A stretch of DNA of 64,000 nucleotides from Acidobacteriota bacterium (GTDB taxonomy: Bacteria; Acidobacteriota; Terriglobia; 20CM-2-55-15), in the NCBI GenBank assembly GCA_022821145.1, contig JAJEEE010000084.1, positions 10,295 to 74,294 of the forward strand, read 5' to 3'. Shown in pieces: positions 9,678 to 17,984 of this stretch. The position numbers and the translations under genes were made by a program. Numbering within the stretch: position 1 is the first letter of the stretch; every line of letters begins with the position of its first letter. A model generated the notes under the pieces. That model was not told the DNA's origin. It searched no databases and saw only the letters and a list, made by a program, of their open reading frames with translations.

Positions 9678-11474
9678 CTACCGTCCCAGCGCTTCCGGGC
9701 TCAAGGTCTCGACGGCCAACGCGACGCTCGCGTTTTCCAGGACTTCAACCGCCACGCCGGCGTCCCGGTAAGCTTCGGGCGCCGGGAAACCGGCGCGGGC
9801 AACGTCCAGCCAGGCCAATAGCCGATAGTTTCCCGGGGGCGCCTGGCGAAGAACGGAACGACCGAGGTGATCGGTCATGGCCCACTTGTGGAACCCGATG
9901 CGTTCGGGAACCGGATCGGGAACGAGGAGGACTGTGGCGCCGGGCACGTCGAGGCCCTCGGAATCCACCACGTTCAGATCGATCCTGCCGCCGTCCGGCG
10001 CCAACCGAACGATCAGAGAGTTGTCCGTGTCCGCAGGGATGTCTATCAGCATGGAATCGCTCGCGGCGCCGTTGAGCGAAACCGAACTCACGTAGTAGTC
10101 GTCGGGCAGCATGCGCGGGACGACGCGGTACCGCCCGGACACCAGGTTCGGCACTTCGAACGAGCCGTCGATCGTGATGGGCCGGATCGCCGCCGATTGT
10201 TGCAGTGGCTCGAGCGGATCCAGGACGACTCCGGGTCCGCCCGAGCTTCCGGCGATACTGCCGAAGGGCTCGCGATTCGACAGGAGGATCTGCCCCCGGA
10301 GCGACCCGCTCGCCGGCGCCCGGATCAACATGTCGTCGATATCCGCCGTCCCCACCTCCAGCGGCATCCACGCATCGCGAGGCCGGAGTCGCCGTTCTCG
10401 TCGTTCCGGCCCGATGGGGTCCTCGCCCAGGCTGACTCCGACACGGTACGTCCCCTCGACAAGCTCCACCTGGAAGGCGCCGCTTTCCGCGTCGTAGTCC
10501 GCCGTTACGTAATCGACAGCCGACAATCCGAAACGCGCCGCCGAATGAACCGTCACCACGGCGTGCGGCGGCGGCGCGTCGAAGACCGTGTCCACGATCC
10601 GGCCGCGGACGCGCCGCCGCCGCGGGGGCTCGACGACGAGCGCGTCCAGTTCCGTCGTGGATCCCGCGGCGATTGCGATCGAACTCGCCGGCACGGGTTC
10701 CCCGCCGCCCGGCCAGAACGACCAGCCATATTCCGTGTCGTCGAAGTGCCGCGGCAACTCGAAATTCCATGGGAGGCCAAAGGGAAGATCCGAGTCGCCG
10801 GTGTCTCCGCCCGTCGCCACGAGATACCGCCCTGCAGGGATGCGGGTGATCCGGTACTGTCCGGTGTCGTCGGTTCGTGTCTCCGTCTCCACGACGAGAC
10901 GGCGAGTTCCGTCCACATCGAACACCGAATTCAGCAGGTAGACGCCGATGGCCTCGACCGCACGTCCGTCGACGTCAACGACGCTGCCGGTGACCCGCCC
11001 TTCGGGTGTCAGTCGTATCTCGACAGGTTCGTCGAGCCCGTCACCCATCGTCCAAGGGATACCCGGCAGTCCGGGGGCCGCCGCCCCCAGCTCGTAGTTC
11101 ACGTAGCCGTTGGCCGACGCGCCGACCCCGTAAACCCCCGGCTCGGCGGGGATGGCGAAGCGGCCGGCCGCGTCGCTCGTCGCCCGCAGGTCGGCGCCGG
11201 GCTCGAAAAATCGCAACGGCGCCGGAAGCAATCCCCCGGGAGTCGTTGAGACATCGTCGTAGAGCGCGATCTCCGCGCCCGCGATGGGCAGTCCCGATGC
11301 GGCGTCGAGCACGGTTCCCGAGAACACGCCGGGCGTTTGCGTGACAAGCGTTTCGCCTGTACACGCGGCTGCGAGCAGAACGCCGAGCAACGGCAACACA
11401 CCGAAGCGGGGAACCGTCCGGGGCCGACACGAGTTCTTCAGCGCGGGAGCCTCATGGGGCGAAGTCGTCAGCAT
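9678..11474 (-). CDS. Lipoprotein with carboxypeptidase-regulatory-like (CarboxypepD_reg) beta-sandwich domains
   Basis: Start refined to MLTTSPHEA... with GAGGAGGGG RBS. Lipobox LLAAAC. GVFSGTVLDAASGLPIAGAEIALYDD is a CarboxypepD_reg signature. Confidence 0.6.
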   Translation of the reverse strand: MLTTSPHEAPALKNSCRPRTVPRFGVLPLLGVLLAAACTGETLVTQTPGVFSGTVLDAASGLPIAGAEIALYDDVSTTPGGLLPAPLRFFEPGADLRATSDAAGRFAIPAEPGVYGVGASANGYVNYELGAAAPGLPGIPWTMGDGLDEPVEIRLTPEGRVTGSVVDVDGRAVEAIGVYLLNSVFDVDGTRRLVVETETRTDDTGQYRITRIPAGRYLVATGGDTGDSDLPFGLPWNFELPRHFDDTEYGWSFWPGGGEPVPASSIAIAAGSTTELDALVVEPPRRRRVRGRIVDTVFDAPPPHAVVTVHSAARFGLSAVDYVTADYDAESGAFQVELVEGTYRVGVSLGEDPIGPERRERRLRPRDAWMPLEVGTADIDDMLIRAPASGSLRGQILLSNREPFGSIAGSSGGPGVVLDPLEPLQQSAAIRPITIDGSFEVPNLVSGRYRVVPRMLPDDYYVSSVSLNGAASDSMLIDIPADTDNSLIVRLAPDGGRIDLNVVDSEGLDVPGATVLLVPDPVPERIGFHKWAMTDHLGRSVLRQAPPGNYRLLAWLDVARAGFPAPEAYRDAGVAVEVLENASVALAVETLSPEALGR

Positions 11475-11718
11475 CGGAATCCCCTCCTCACACCTGAATG
11501 ACGCCATGGAGTCAGTATTCTGGCGAGGCGAAGCCGATGTCAACGTATCGCGCCCATCGACGGCCCTGGCGCGACGATTCCCCGGACGTCTGCACGACAC
11601 GGCGCGCACGGAGCTCGAACAGTTGTATGATCGGCATCGACGGTCCGGCTCCGTCCAGTCGGGAATCGGCCGTCGAACCCTCCGGGTTTCCGGGGTGGTC
11701 TATCAGAGGAGAAGTCCG

Positions 11719-12567
11719 ATGAAACGCATGACACTCACCAGCATCGTGCTGACGGTCGCGCTGCTCGCGCCGGTAGCCGCGATGGCGCAGGTCGCTTGCA
11801 CGCGCGACGGGCTGCAGAACGCGGCGGATCTCTACATCGAGGCCCAGACCTCGGGCGACCGCTCGGGACTGCCGCTGCCTCCGGGCGTGGGCTACCAGGA
11901 GAACATGGCGGTCGCCGACATCGAGACGGGCCTGATCAACACGCCGATGGCGATCGACCACCACCGCAGCCTGCTCGACACGGACACGTGCCAGACGTTC
12001 ACGGAAGTGATCGTGACGGACGAGGACGCGCCCTACGTGCTCGGTACGCGGCTCCGGGTGAACGGCGACAAGATCGCCGAGGTCGAGATCCTCTGGACCA
12101 CGACCGGCTACTGGCTGTTCGACGCCGACGCCTACCTGCAGTATTCGTCCACGGAGGACTGGGGGACGATCCCCGTCCCGGAGCGCGATTCCCGCGGCAC
12201 GCTGGTGGCCGCCGCCAACGCCTACCTCGACGCGTTCCTGGAAGGGAACACCGACGACGTGCCGTGGGGCTACCCCTGCGTCCGCACCGAAGGCGGCATG
12301 CACACCGGCACGGGCTCGGACGACGATACCTGCGCGGTCGGCGTCCCCAGCGGCGTCAACATCGCCAACCGCCGATTCGTGGTCGACGAGACCATCGGTT
12401 CGGTCGTCGTGTTCTGCACCTTCGGCGCCGGCAGCCCGGGCGGCGGCAGCGGCGCGCCCGACACGCACCTGTTCCGGCTGGAGAACGGCGTCTTGCGGTA
12501 CGTGCACACGCTCACGCACCTGCTGATGTCGGACTTCGGAGGCGGCGGAGGAGGCGCAGACGATTAG
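11719..12567 (+). CDS. Secreted hypothetical protein, paralog copy 1
   Basis: GAGGAGAAG RBS and signal peptide MKRMTLTSIVLTVALLAPVAAMAQ. About 88% identical to the gene at 21015. Gly-rich C-terminus. Confidence 0.6.
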   Translation: MKRMTLTSIVLTVALLAPVAAMAQVACTRDGLQNAADLYIEAQTSGDRSGLPLPPGVGYQENMAVADIETGLINTPMAIDHHRSLLDTDTCQTFTEVIVTDEDAPYVLGTRLRVNGDKIAEVEILWTTTGYWLFDADAYLQYSSTEDWGTIPVPERDSRGTLVAAANAYLDAFLEGNTDDVPWGYPCVRTEGGMHTGTGSDDDTCAVGVPSGVNIANRRFVVDETIGSVVVFCTFGAGSPGGGSGAPDTHLFRLENGVLRYVHTLTHLLMSDFGGGGGGADD

Positions 12568-12853
12568 CCTTCGTCGAGGAGCGCGGCGCGTCGGCGCACC
12601 CGGCGATGGACGGAGCCGAAGTCCGCTTTGTCGGGACCAACCAGGACGCTATTATCGCGAAAAACCGGGCTTCAGGGCCTGCCCGAGTCGTCCACGATCG
12701 CGAGGGCGGGCGCGGGTCACGGTCCTCTGCTCGCCCGTCCCAACGGGCTTCCCGCGCCGCTTGGGCATGGAGAGAAACGCCGCCGGCCCGGCGCGCCCCA
12801 GTTTTGGCAAGCCGCGTGCGTCGGGATACGCCATGACGAATCGACGCGTGAGC

Positions 12854-12873
12854 TATAATCCGCGCACGGGAGG
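12854..12873 (+). promoter_or_regulatory. Candidate -10 box (TATAAT) and RBS (GGGAGG) for the coiled-coil repeat gene
   Basis: GAGCTATAATCCGCGCACGGGAGGCGCCGAATG. TATAAT lies 21 nt upstream of the ATG at 12880. No good -35 element is seen. Confidence 0.3.
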
Positions 12874-12879
12874 CGCCGA

Positions 12880-13416
12880 ATGCCGCCATCCGTAGAAGAA
12901 CGCCTGGCGTATCTGGAAGGGAAAGTGGAAGACCACACCCGCGGTTTCGGCGAGGTCCGCGACCTCCTGGTCCATGTCGACGGCCATGTCCGCGCATTGG
13001 ATCAGAAGGTCGACCGGTTCCGCGAGGAACTGGCCGAGCGGATCGACGGCGTGAGCCAGGGCTTGGGCGCGCGGATCGAGGGGTTGGACCGGGGCCTGGG
13101 CGCGCAGATCGACGGGTTGGACCAGGGCCTGGGCGCGCGGATCGACGCGGTGAGCCAGAGCCTGGGCGCGCGGATCGATGGGCTGGACCGGAAGATCGAC
13201 CGGTTCCGCGGCGAGTTGTCCGCCCGGATCGACGGTCTGGGCCAGGGCCTGAGCGCGCGGATGGACGCCATGGACCAGAAGATCGACCGGTTCCGCGAGG
13301 AACTTGCCGGACGGATCGACATCATGGACCGGAACGCGTCCAGGCAGTTCCGATGGCTGGTCGGGATGATGTTCGGCATGATCCTGACTCTTGTCGCAGC
13401 TCTGTTCCGAGGCTGA
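12880..13416 (+). CDS. Coiled-coil protein with tandem 11-residue repeats (IDGLxxGLGAR) and a C-terminal transmembrane anchor
   Basis: Repeats ARIEGLDRGLGAQIDGLDQGLGARIDAVSQSLGARIDGLDRKIDRF... C-terminal hydrophobic tail WLVGMMFGMILTLVAALF. Good RBS. Confidence 0.6.
   Translation: MPPSVEERLAYLEGKVEDHTRGFGEVRDLLVHVDGHVRALDQKVDRFREELAERIDGVSQGLGARIEGLDRGLGAQIDGLDQGLGARIDAVSQSLGARIDGLDRKIDRFRGELSARIDGLGQGLSARMDAMDQKIDRFREELAGRIDIMDRNASRQFRWLVGMMFGMILTLVAALFRG
13060..13300. repeat. Approximately 33-bp tandem DNA repeats (about 6 units) inside the coiled-coil gene
   Basis: Units of the form GGCCTGGGCGCGCGGATCGACGGGTTGGACCAG repeated with variation. Coding, not a CRISPR array (no spacers). Confidence 0.5.
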
Positions 13417-13603
13417 GCCGGGCCCGGTCGCGCTCGTTCGAGCGCCTCCGGACGCGTGTTCACGTTGGCCGCGGCGATACGTTCGGCAACCGGGACTTGC
13501 CCACCGCGCGCGGCCTTCCGCGCCGCGCCGTCCCGCTCTGGAAACGGCGTTGGATGGAGCCGCGCCCGCTGGACTTCGCAGGCTCGCCTCGAGACTCCGC
13601 GCG

Positions 13604-14542
13604 TCAGGCGACGGTCCTGAAACGCTCGAAGCGCACCGCCAGACGATCGCGGTCGGGGCGGTCTCCTGCACGTTTTGGCAGATGCAGGACACTGCCCTCA
13701 AGCTGTTTCAGAGCTTCCAGCATCGGCCCGTCGTGCTGCTCGAGGAGTTGCCCGGAAACGTGCACGCGATAGTCCGGATCGATGCCGATCAGGTGGGCGT
13801 CGAACGCGGCGTGGTGGATCTTGGATAGCGGCAGGCCGTTGGGCACGATCGGCTGGCCCAGCATCTCATCCTTGTCGGAGACGATGTGCGCCGCGTCGAG
13901 CAGGCGGTGTTCGCGCAGGCCCGACAGGGCGCAGCGCCGGTCGTATGCGGCGATGACGGCTTCGCGGAACGAATCCTGATGCAAACGCTGCTTCACGACC
14001 CGCAGGGCGTAGCGGCGTTCTGCCGCCTGCGGCAGCGGCGACAGGTCGTCCTGCTCGGGCAAGCCGAACGAGATGCTCGCCTTGAGTGCCGCCGGATTCC
14101 ATCCTGAAATGAAGGTCGGGACGATGGCTTGGTATCGGCCGGGGGCGACTCCGAGAAAGTAGATGACGGGAACATGGTGTTCGTATGCCTCGAGCAGCCA
14201 GCGGTTGTCCGCCGCTGCCGGGTCCGACCCCATGAACGCGTAGTCGACGGTCTCTTCGCCCTGGTAGATCTGCCGATGCGCTTCACGCTGATCGTCGTAC
14301 CAGACCCGGCCGCCGCGTCGCGGCACGACCGTCTTGATGGACAGCAGGAAGCGCATCTGCCGCGGTTTGAAGATGCCGCGTTGCGGATTGATGAGCGGGA
14401 TCCGCCGGCCTTCGAAGTCGAAGCCGGGCTTGAGCAAATCCGCGGTCAACTGGTCGTGGACCACGTTCAACCCGCGGACATGGTCGAAGGCGGCAAGTCG
14501 CATCCGCGCGTCGAGGGCGATGAGATCGGCGTTTCCCGGCAT
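13604..14542 (-). CDS. HNH endonuclease (HNH_2/PF13391-type) with an N-terminal about 190-aa putative DNA-sensing domain; candidate Type IV (modification-dependent) restriction enzyme
   Basis: C-terminal motif CALSGL...LDAAHIVSDKD...NGLPLSKIHHAAFDAHLIGIDPDYRVHV matches the HNH_2 signature. The architecture (sensor domain + HNH_2) resembles ScoMcrA-like enzymes. Confidence 0.7.
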   Translation of the reverse strand: MPGNADLIALDARMRLAAFDHVRGLNVVHDQLTADLLKPGFDFEGRRIPLINPQRGIFKPRQMRFLLSIKTVVPRRGGRVWYDDQREAHRQIYQGEETVDYAFMGSDPAAADNRWLLEAYEHHVPVIYFLGVAPGRYQAIVPTFISGWNPAALKASISFGLPEQDDLSPLPQAAERRYALRVVKQRLHQDSFREAVIAAYDRRCALSGLREHRLLDAAHIVSDKDEMLGQPIVPNGLPLSKIHHAAFDAHLIGIDPDYRVHVSGQLLEQHDGPMLEALKQLEGSVLHLPKRAGDRPDRDRLAVRFERFRTVA

Positions 14543-14773
14543 TGGGTCTTGAACCGGCGGCTCGGCTGTTCGCCGAATGATATTCGGGCATCCTCCTTAG
14601 TCTCAAGTGCGATATCGGACGGTCGCGACGCGGCGCGGAATCGCACCGTGGGCATCGGCCTGCGTCGTCGGGGAGTCCCAACGTGCCCATCGCCGACAAT
14701 GGCCATGCGCACAGTTCCGACTCCGGGTTCTCATGGTCATGTCAAGAGCAGCCACGCATCCATAGGAGCGGCC

Positions 14774-15103
14774 ATGGCGAACGACACGGCGCTCAGCGAT
14801 CGTATACGCCCGATGCTTGCGCGGAGGAACGGCGTTTCCGAGCGCAAGATGTTCGGGGGCGTCGGTTTCATGATCAACGGCAACATGTGTGTCGGGACGT
14901 GGAAGGGATCGCTCATCGCGCGGCTGGACATGAACGATTACGGCCGAATGCTGGCGGAGCCGCATGCGAGACCGGCGGACATGAACGGCCGTCCGATGAG
15001 GGGATGGGTGCTGGTCGAGCCGGCCGGCCTCGAAACCGAGGACGACCTGGCCGAATGGGTCGAGCGGGCCGCCGCGTTCACCCAGTCCCTGCCGGCCAAG
15101 TGA
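14774..15103 (+). CDS. TfoX N-terminal domain protein
   Basis: ERKMFGGVGFMINGNMCVG motif and about 110 aa length fit TfoX_N. AGGAG RBS. Confidence 0.6.
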   Translation: MANDTALSDRIRPMLARRNGVSERKMFGGVGFMINGNMCVGTWKGSLIARLDMNDYGRMLAEPHARPADMNGRPMRGWVLVEPAGLETEDDLAEWVERAAAFTQSLPAK

Positions 15104-15208
15104 GACTTGAGGAACGCGTGGCAGAGTGACATCGTCGCGGCACTCGACTAATGACCCCCGCTCTATACAGAGGCTCGGTCGAATCGGTCGCCTGTGAACA
15201 CAGAGGAC

Positions 15209-15604
15209 ATGGCCACGACCAGCATCACCGTCCGCAACCTCGATGACCACGTGAATACCGGCTTGCGCGTGCGAGCGGCGAACGACGGTGGTTCCATGGA
15301 GAAGGCAGCGCGGCTGACTACGCGCGAGGCGGTCGGCCGCAAGCCGAGTAACCGAAATCTGACCGGCATCATCCGATCGCATTTCGGCCCGGACAACGGC
15401 GTCGATTCAGAGTTGTCACCATTCTGTACTCGAAACCTCAGGAACTGTGTGGAGAGTGCGACGTCTTGGTCACCGTCGATTTCACGGCTGGGCGTCGACT
15501 ACGCGGCAGGTCCGTATCGAAGCACGGCGTGTGAACGATCACCTGTCGTCAGTCGTCTAGCCGAGAACTGTCCTGCCTCGACACGGGAGCCGGCTGAAGA
15601 ATAA
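15209..15604 (+). CDS. Ribbon-helix-helix antitoxin-like protein (FitA/VapB-type) with an unusual C-terminal extension; no cognate toxin follows
   Basis: MATTSITVRNLDDHVNTGLRVRAANDGGSMEKAARLTTREAV is the classic Arc/RHH antitoxin N-terminus. The ORF runs to 131 aa and overlaps the convergent 372-aa gene. No PIN toxin ORF is found downstream. Confidence 0.5.
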   Translation: MATTSITVRNLDDHVNTGLRVRAANDGGSMEKAARLTTREAVGRKPSNRNLTGIIRSHFGPDNGVDSELSPFCTRNLRNCVESATSWSPSISRLGVDYAAGPYRSTACERSPVVSRLAENCPASTREPAEE

Positions 15605-16667
15605 CGTAACCATCGACGACCAACTTCTGATCCAGCGCTTCCACTTTCCGCTGAAATTCCGACGGCGTCATCTGGTTCTCGTCGAGCAACGAGTACTGAT
15701 CCACGTAGCCCTGGAGTACGCCGTGGCATGCGACAAGTTTACGCAGCGCTGGAACGTTTTTCTCCGTGTCCACCTCAACCGTGCGCTTCGCTTCCTTGGG
15801 CGGCCAGGGAATCCAGGATCCGTCCCCGCCAACGGAGAGGTGAATCTTATTCCGCAACTCGTTAATGCGTTCTTCTTCGCTCCGCTTCTCGTCGTTGACG
15901 AAATTCAGCCACGAGGCCACTTCGCTTAGCGGAACGTCGGACGCAAACTCGCCAGCCATGAACCGCTCTGGATGTTGGCCTAAAAAGTCGCGCTCTACGA
16001 TTCGTCGGGCTTGCCTCGCCCAGAATGTGAAGTCGTCTTCCAAGTTGCGTCTGGCGGCACCTACCATTCCCAGTTCCGCCGAGCACTTGGCGGTCGCAAG
16101 AGATGTCAGTGCGAAGTATTCCTGGCACGCCATGGCCGTCTCGGTCGGAGATTCAGGGAGTAGTTCCTGGTACTTCTCCTTGATCGGTCCGAAAACGTTC
16201 AGAATTCCGTGAAGCAACTGTTGTTCACGCGCATCCACGGAGCCTTCTTGCATGACCATCGAAAGGTATTTCAGGGCGCTCTTCAGCTTGGCGCGTTCGT
16301 CCAATTCCAGCAGTCGTGCTATTCCGTCCACTGAGTCCTTCAGCGCTTTCAGATTGTCGTCGAGTTTCGTCAGTTTGGCATGAATAATGCCGAATCCCAC
16401 GGCGCTGACTGCTAGGTTCAAGCCGGAAAAATGCATCGCGCGCGCTGCGTGTTGCAACACGACGTCGGGGGTGCCGACTTCCCCCACGGGGATCAAGTGC
16501 CGGATGATTCGGCCTGCTCCGTCGTGACCCTGTGCGACGCGGATCACGCCGCCCGACAAGTCAAAAACTCCGCTCTTGACTCCTGCGATGACATCCTGAG
16601 GGATTGATCGAGCGACAGTCCATCCGTGCAGAAAATCCGGAAGATTTTGGCTGGTCACGAGCGCCAT
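15549..16667 (-). CDS. Hypothetical protein (372 aa) with an N-terminal globular region, one hydrophobic segment (LNLAVSAVGFGIIHAKL) and a long coiled-coil-rich C-terminal part; lies in the AT-richer core of the 13.6-17.8 kb accessory island
   Basis: No recognisable family. Local sequence is AT-richer (roughly mid-50s %GC by eye) than the rest of the window. It has its own sigma70-like promoter. Confidence 0.5.
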   Translation of the reverse strand: MALVTSQNLPDFLHGWTVARSIPQDVIAGVKSGVFDLSGGVIRVAQGHDGAGRIIRHLIPVGEVGTPDVVLQHAARAMHFSGLNLAVSAVGFGIIHAKLTKLDDNLKALKDSVDGIARLLELDERAKLKSALKYLSMVMQEGSVDAREQQLLHGILNVFGPIKEKYQELLPESPTETAMACQEYFALTSLATAKCSAELGMVGAARRNLEDDFTFWARQARRIVERDFLGQHPERFMAGEFASDVPLSEVASWLNFVNDEKRSEEERINELRNKIHLSVGGDGSWIPWPPKEAKRTVEVDTEKNVPALRKLVACHGVLQGYVDQYSLLDENQMTPSEFQRKVEALDQKLVVDGYVILQPAPVSRQDSSRLDD

Positions 16668-16707
16668 GGCTTGTGTGTTCGTCGTTGTCTCCTTGCTGGA
16701 AACGGCA

Positions 16708-16741
16708 ACATTTTATCGAGTTGGGATCAACAACGTCAAGA
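16708..16741 (-). promoter_or_regulatory. Sigma70-like promoter for the 372-aa gene (TTGACG-N17-ATAAAAT)
   Basis: Minus-strand sequence reads TTGACGttgttgatcccaactcgATAAAATg. It lies about 33 nt upstream of the ATG at 16667. Confidence 0.45.
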
Positions 16742-16936
16742 TTCGATTTCGTCACAAATGACTGATTATTAAAGTGGTTATCGATCGCACGGCTTCCCCC
16801 GCCATCAGGTTGCGCAGATCGTGGGCGTGGCATCCAGTGATGCCGAAGCTGCCGAATTCCCAGAACGGGTCGTCTCGCATGTCGGACGCGTTCTTCGGTC
16901 TGCGAAGATGTACGACAATGACTCGTTCATCGCGCA

Positions 16937-17773
16937 TCAGTTATTTCTCTGAATCAGCTCAACCCTTTGCCGCACGAACCACCGGTAGAATTTCCTGGTG
17001 TTCAGAAAAGTCGGCGGTCTTGCGCTGCGCTGAATATAACCGTCGTTCACCGATAGGCCGCCCCACTTCTTGAGCAAACTGGGACGCACGCGATAGGCGC
17101 GGTCGCGCCATTCGCCGATTGGGATGCACTTGGTCAGACGCCCGGACACAGTCGCCTTGGCACGTACGACGATGTCGGCAACGGCAATTTTGCGGACGCG
17201 GGTATGGGCGTTGATCTTGAAGTGCTTTGCGCGAATCGAAACGGCTGGCAGAACGTCATCGACGACGAATAGACCGACCAACCCGTAAACCAGCTTTCGC
17301 GGCTCTCGAACTGACCGAAGACCGGCGTAGAAGACCAGGAGGTCGCCGTCCGATAGATGTTTGAGTCCGGTGCCGCGCTTGTCGCCGTTGTCGCCGTAGG
17401 TCAGCCACTCGAAGTCCGGGTCCAGATGCATCGAACGATCAAGCAAGCGCGGCGGAGGTCCAAGACGACTTTCGAGACCGATGCTCGAAGCGAACTGCTG
17501 CAAAGACGGGAGAATTTCACGGTACGGTCGCTCGAGACCAGGCCGGAAGGGGCGGCTTTCGGGAATCGGTACGTACACGAATCGACCGGATTCCGGGTCG
17601 AGCGGAGCGTTCCATTCCCCATACGCTTGGTCCACGCCCACTCGAATCAGAATCGCCTTCATCTCTGGTGCCAACTGCTCGTCGATCCAAGAGCGGGTGT
17701 TCTGACCGGCTCGCAGTGTCTCGTCCACTTCGAATGTTAGTGTGTCTGCGGTTTCCGCGCCGAGCTGAAGCAT
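16937..17773 (-). CDS. Hypothetical protein (278 aa), in the AT-richer core of the island
   Basis: Conserved-looking core LIRVGVDQAYGEWNAPLDPESGRFVYVPIPE and a basic C-terminus (KKWGGLSVNDGYIQRSARPPTFLNTRKFYRWFVRQR) that may bind nucleic acid. No family recognised. Confidence 0.5.
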   Translation of the reverse strand: MLQLGAETADTLTFEVDETLRAGQNTRSWIDEQLAPEMKAILIRVGVDQAYGEWNAPLDPESGRFVYVPIPESRPFRPGLERPYREILPSLQQFASSIGLESRLGPPPRLLDRSMHLDPDFEWLTYGDNGDKRGTGLKHLSDGDLLVFYAGLRSVREPRKLVYGLVGLFVVDDVLPAVSIRAKHFKINAHTRVRKIAVADIVVRAKATVSGRLTKCIPIGEWRDRAYRVRPSLLKKWGGLSVNDGYIQRSARPPTFLNTRKFYRWFVRQRVELIQRNN

Positions 17774-17936
17774 TTTGGCAGAATAGGCTGAACGGCGGGA
17801 CGCAAAGAGAGACCGTCAGTCCAAGTCCGGCCATCCGGTGGAAAGAGTGCTGCGCGACGCTCGAAACGCGCTGACGTAGCGAATGGCGCACGTCTCCTGC
17901 GCCGGAAAAAAGGCAAGGCAAGGCCTTCAACGCGAA

Positions 17937-17958
17937 AGGCCCCGGCTCGCGCCGGGGC
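17937..17958 (-). terminator. Rho-independent-type hairpin (GGCCCCGGC tcgc GCCGGGGCC) downstream of the G8 gene
   Basis: Perfect 9-bp GC stem with a 4-nt loop. On the minus strand it is followed by CTTTCGCG. Located 27 bp after the G8 stop. Confidence 0.45.
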
Positions 17959-17984
17959 CTCACGTCCATTCAGCGGGGATGAAT

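Noticed and set aside
9867-11249. 460-aa plus-strand ORF
   Set aside because: It is antisense to the CarboxypepD_reg lipoprotein gene.
13060-13300. Considered as a CRISPR-like array because of the regular 33-bp repeats
   Set aside because: The repeats are contiguous with no spacers. They lie inside an ORF, where they encode an 11-residue peptide repeat. No cas genes are present.
13417-13603. GC-rich inverted repeats (CGCGCGGCCTTCCGCGCCGCG) between convergent genes
   Set aside because: The stem is imperfect and has no T tract. It cannot be told apart from the background GC-rich palindromes.
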